A stretch of DNA of 16,554 bases from a bacterium (GTDB taxonomy: Bacteria; Zhuqueibacterota; Zhuqueibacteria; Oceanimicrobiales; Oceanimicrobiaceae): positions 1-16,554 of the forward strand of contig JBBIIG010000040.1 in assembly GCA_037446635.1 (NCBI GenBank), read 5' to 3'. The notes under the pieces were generated by a model. It worked only from the letters and a program-made list of their open reading frames with translations. It was not told the DNA's origin and searched no databases. Shown piece after piece: positions 15,219 to 16,554 of the stretch. Both the position numbers and the translations under genes were made by a program. Position 1 is the first letter of the stretch. Each line of letters starts with the position of its first letter.

Positions 15219-16553
15219 ATGCGGTTTTCATCTTTTATCTTTATTTTGATGATGTTCGTATCGGCATTCGGCCAAACCACAGGCCGCATTCACGGCAAAA
15301 TCACCGATGCCGAAACCGGCCGCGGCGTGGCCGGAGTCAACGTGGTGCTGCAAGGCACGATCTTCGGCGCCAGCACCAATAGCGAAGGCGAATTTGAAAT
15401 CGGCGGGGCGCCGGCCGGAAGTTATCGCGTCGTGGCATCTCATCTCGGTTATCAACGGGCAGAGAAAATGGTGGAAGTTCTCGTTGGCCAAATTGCCGTC
15501 GTGGAATTTCGGTTGCAGCCCGGTGCCATCGATTTATCGGCGGTGCTGGTGGAGGGCGAGCGTTCGTATTCCGCGGCGTCGGCGCGCGGCGTCCGCAAAT
15601 TTGATCTGCAAATTCGCCCCAACCGTTCGGCGCAGGACATGCTGATGCTGGCGCCCGGACTGGTGATCGCGCAGCACGCCGGCGGCGGCAAGGCCGAGCA
15701 GATTTTCCTGCGCGGCTTCGACGCCGATCACGGCACCGACGTCGCCATCTTCGCCGATGGCATTCCGGTCAACATGGTGTCGCACGGCCACGGGCAGGGC
15801 TACGCCGATTTGCATTTCCTGATTCCGGAAGTCGTCGAAGCCATCGACGTCTTCAAGGGTCCGTACTTCGCGCGCTTCGGCAACCTCAGCACCGCCGGCT
15901 CGGTGGTGTTTCGCACCAAAGAACACCTCGAGGGCAATTTAGTGAAAATCGAAGGCGGCGAGTTTGACACCCGGCGCATCACCACGCTGTTTCAAATTCC
16001 AAACGGCGGCGAGCATCAAAATGCCTATTTCGCCGGACAGTTTTACGACAGCGACGGCCCGGTGCAAAGCGATCAAAATTTCCAGCGCTTCAATTTGTTC
16101 GGCAAATTTCACAGCCATCTCGGCGAGACCAGCAAGCTGACTTTTTCCGCCAGCGCGTTCGGTTCGGCGTGGGACGCCTCCGGCCAGATTCCGCAGCGCG
16201 CCGTGGCCAGCGGACTCATCGATCGCTTCGGCGCGATCGACGATTTTGAAGGCGGCGCCACCAGCCGCCAGAACCTCAACTTGATGTACACCACCGGCGC
16301 CGGCAGCGATCACGCGTTCACGATTCAAAGTTTTTACAGCCGCTACCACTTCAAACTGTTTTCGAACTTCACGTTCTTTTTGAACGACCCGATCAACGGC
16401 GATATGATTGAGCAAACTGACCAGCGTAATCTCGTCGGCTTGAACAGCGAGTACAAATTCCGCACCTTCCTCGGATCGCGGCTTGCGATCACGACGGTTG
16501 GCGGCGGTTTTCGCGGCGATGACATCCGCGTGCAGCTCTGGCGCAGCCCCGAC
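15219..16553 (+). CDS. TonB-dependent receptor with N-terminal carboxypeptidase-regulatory-like domain (partial, runs off right edge)
   Basis: Manual translation from ATG 15219 (AGGAGG RBS): MRFSSFIFILMMFVSAFG-QTTGRIHGKITDAETGRGVAGVNVVLQGTIFGASTNSEGEFEI. Plug region 'APGLVIAQHAGGGKAEQIFLRGFDADHGTD...DGIPVNMVSHGHGQGYADLHFLIPE..EAIDVFKGPY...GNLSTAGSVVF.TK'. Missing from the ORF track because there is no stop in the window. Confidence 0.93.
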   Translation, partial: MRFSSFIFILMMFVSAFGQTTGRIHGKITDAETGRGVAGVNVVLQGTIFGASTNSEGEFEIGGAPAGSYRVVASHLGYQRAEKMVEVLVGQIAVVEFRLQPGAIDLSAVLVEGERSYSAASARGVRKFDLQIRPNRSAQDMLMLAPGLVIAQHAGGGKAEQIFLRGFDADHGTDVAIFADGIPVNMVSHGHGQGYADLHFLIPEVVEAIDVFKGPYFARFGNLSTAGSVVFRTKEHLEGNLVKIEGGEFDTRRITTLFQIPNGGEHQNAYFAGQFYDSDGPVQSDQNFQRFNLFGKFHSHLGETSKLTFSASAFGSAWDASGQIPQRAVASGLIDRFGAIDDFEGGATSRQNLNLMYTTGAGSDHAFTIQSFYSRYHFKLFSNFTFFLNDPINGDMIEQTDQRNLVGLNSEYKFRTFLGSRLAITTVGGGFRGDDIRVQLWRSPD

Positions 16554-16554
16554 C

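Noticed and set aside
15179..16525. Short ORFs listed in the track over the right end
   Set aside because: All are alternative frames or antisense to the continuous TonB receptor frame starting at 15219.

Overview
Bacterial genomic window, probably from an FCB-superphylum lineage such as KSB1 or Calditrichota. This is inferred from the 'QNFPNPFNPSTTI' C-terminal sorting domain and the carboxypeptidase-regulatory-domain TonB receptor. The left half (1-7541) is mixed housekeeping and envelope content: a partial glycerate kinase-like gene, DUF4416, an EVE-domain protein, a lipoprotein, two probable beta-barrel proteins, an exported TPR protein, a TetA-like MFS transporter and quinone oxidoreductase (qor). 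The right half (7604-16554) looks like one coherent, uncharacterised system. A SigK-like ECF sigma factor is followed by two anti-sigma factors with paralogous zinc-binding N-termini, one membrane-anchored RskA-type and one soluble ChrR-cupin-type. Divergent from these, behind an ECF-type promoter, lie a secreted group-1 truncated hemoglobin with an atypical distal pocket, a secreted DUF4331 protein whose predicted mature N-terminus is Ser-Ser-His (ATCUN-like), a membrane-anchored TPR protein, a DoxX-like protein, a His-rich small protein ending in PPP, and a TonB-dependent receptor with a His-rich plug. The receptor is absent from the ORF track because it runs off the window. Many intergenic gaps hold REP/MITE-like palindromic elements, some nested inside each other.
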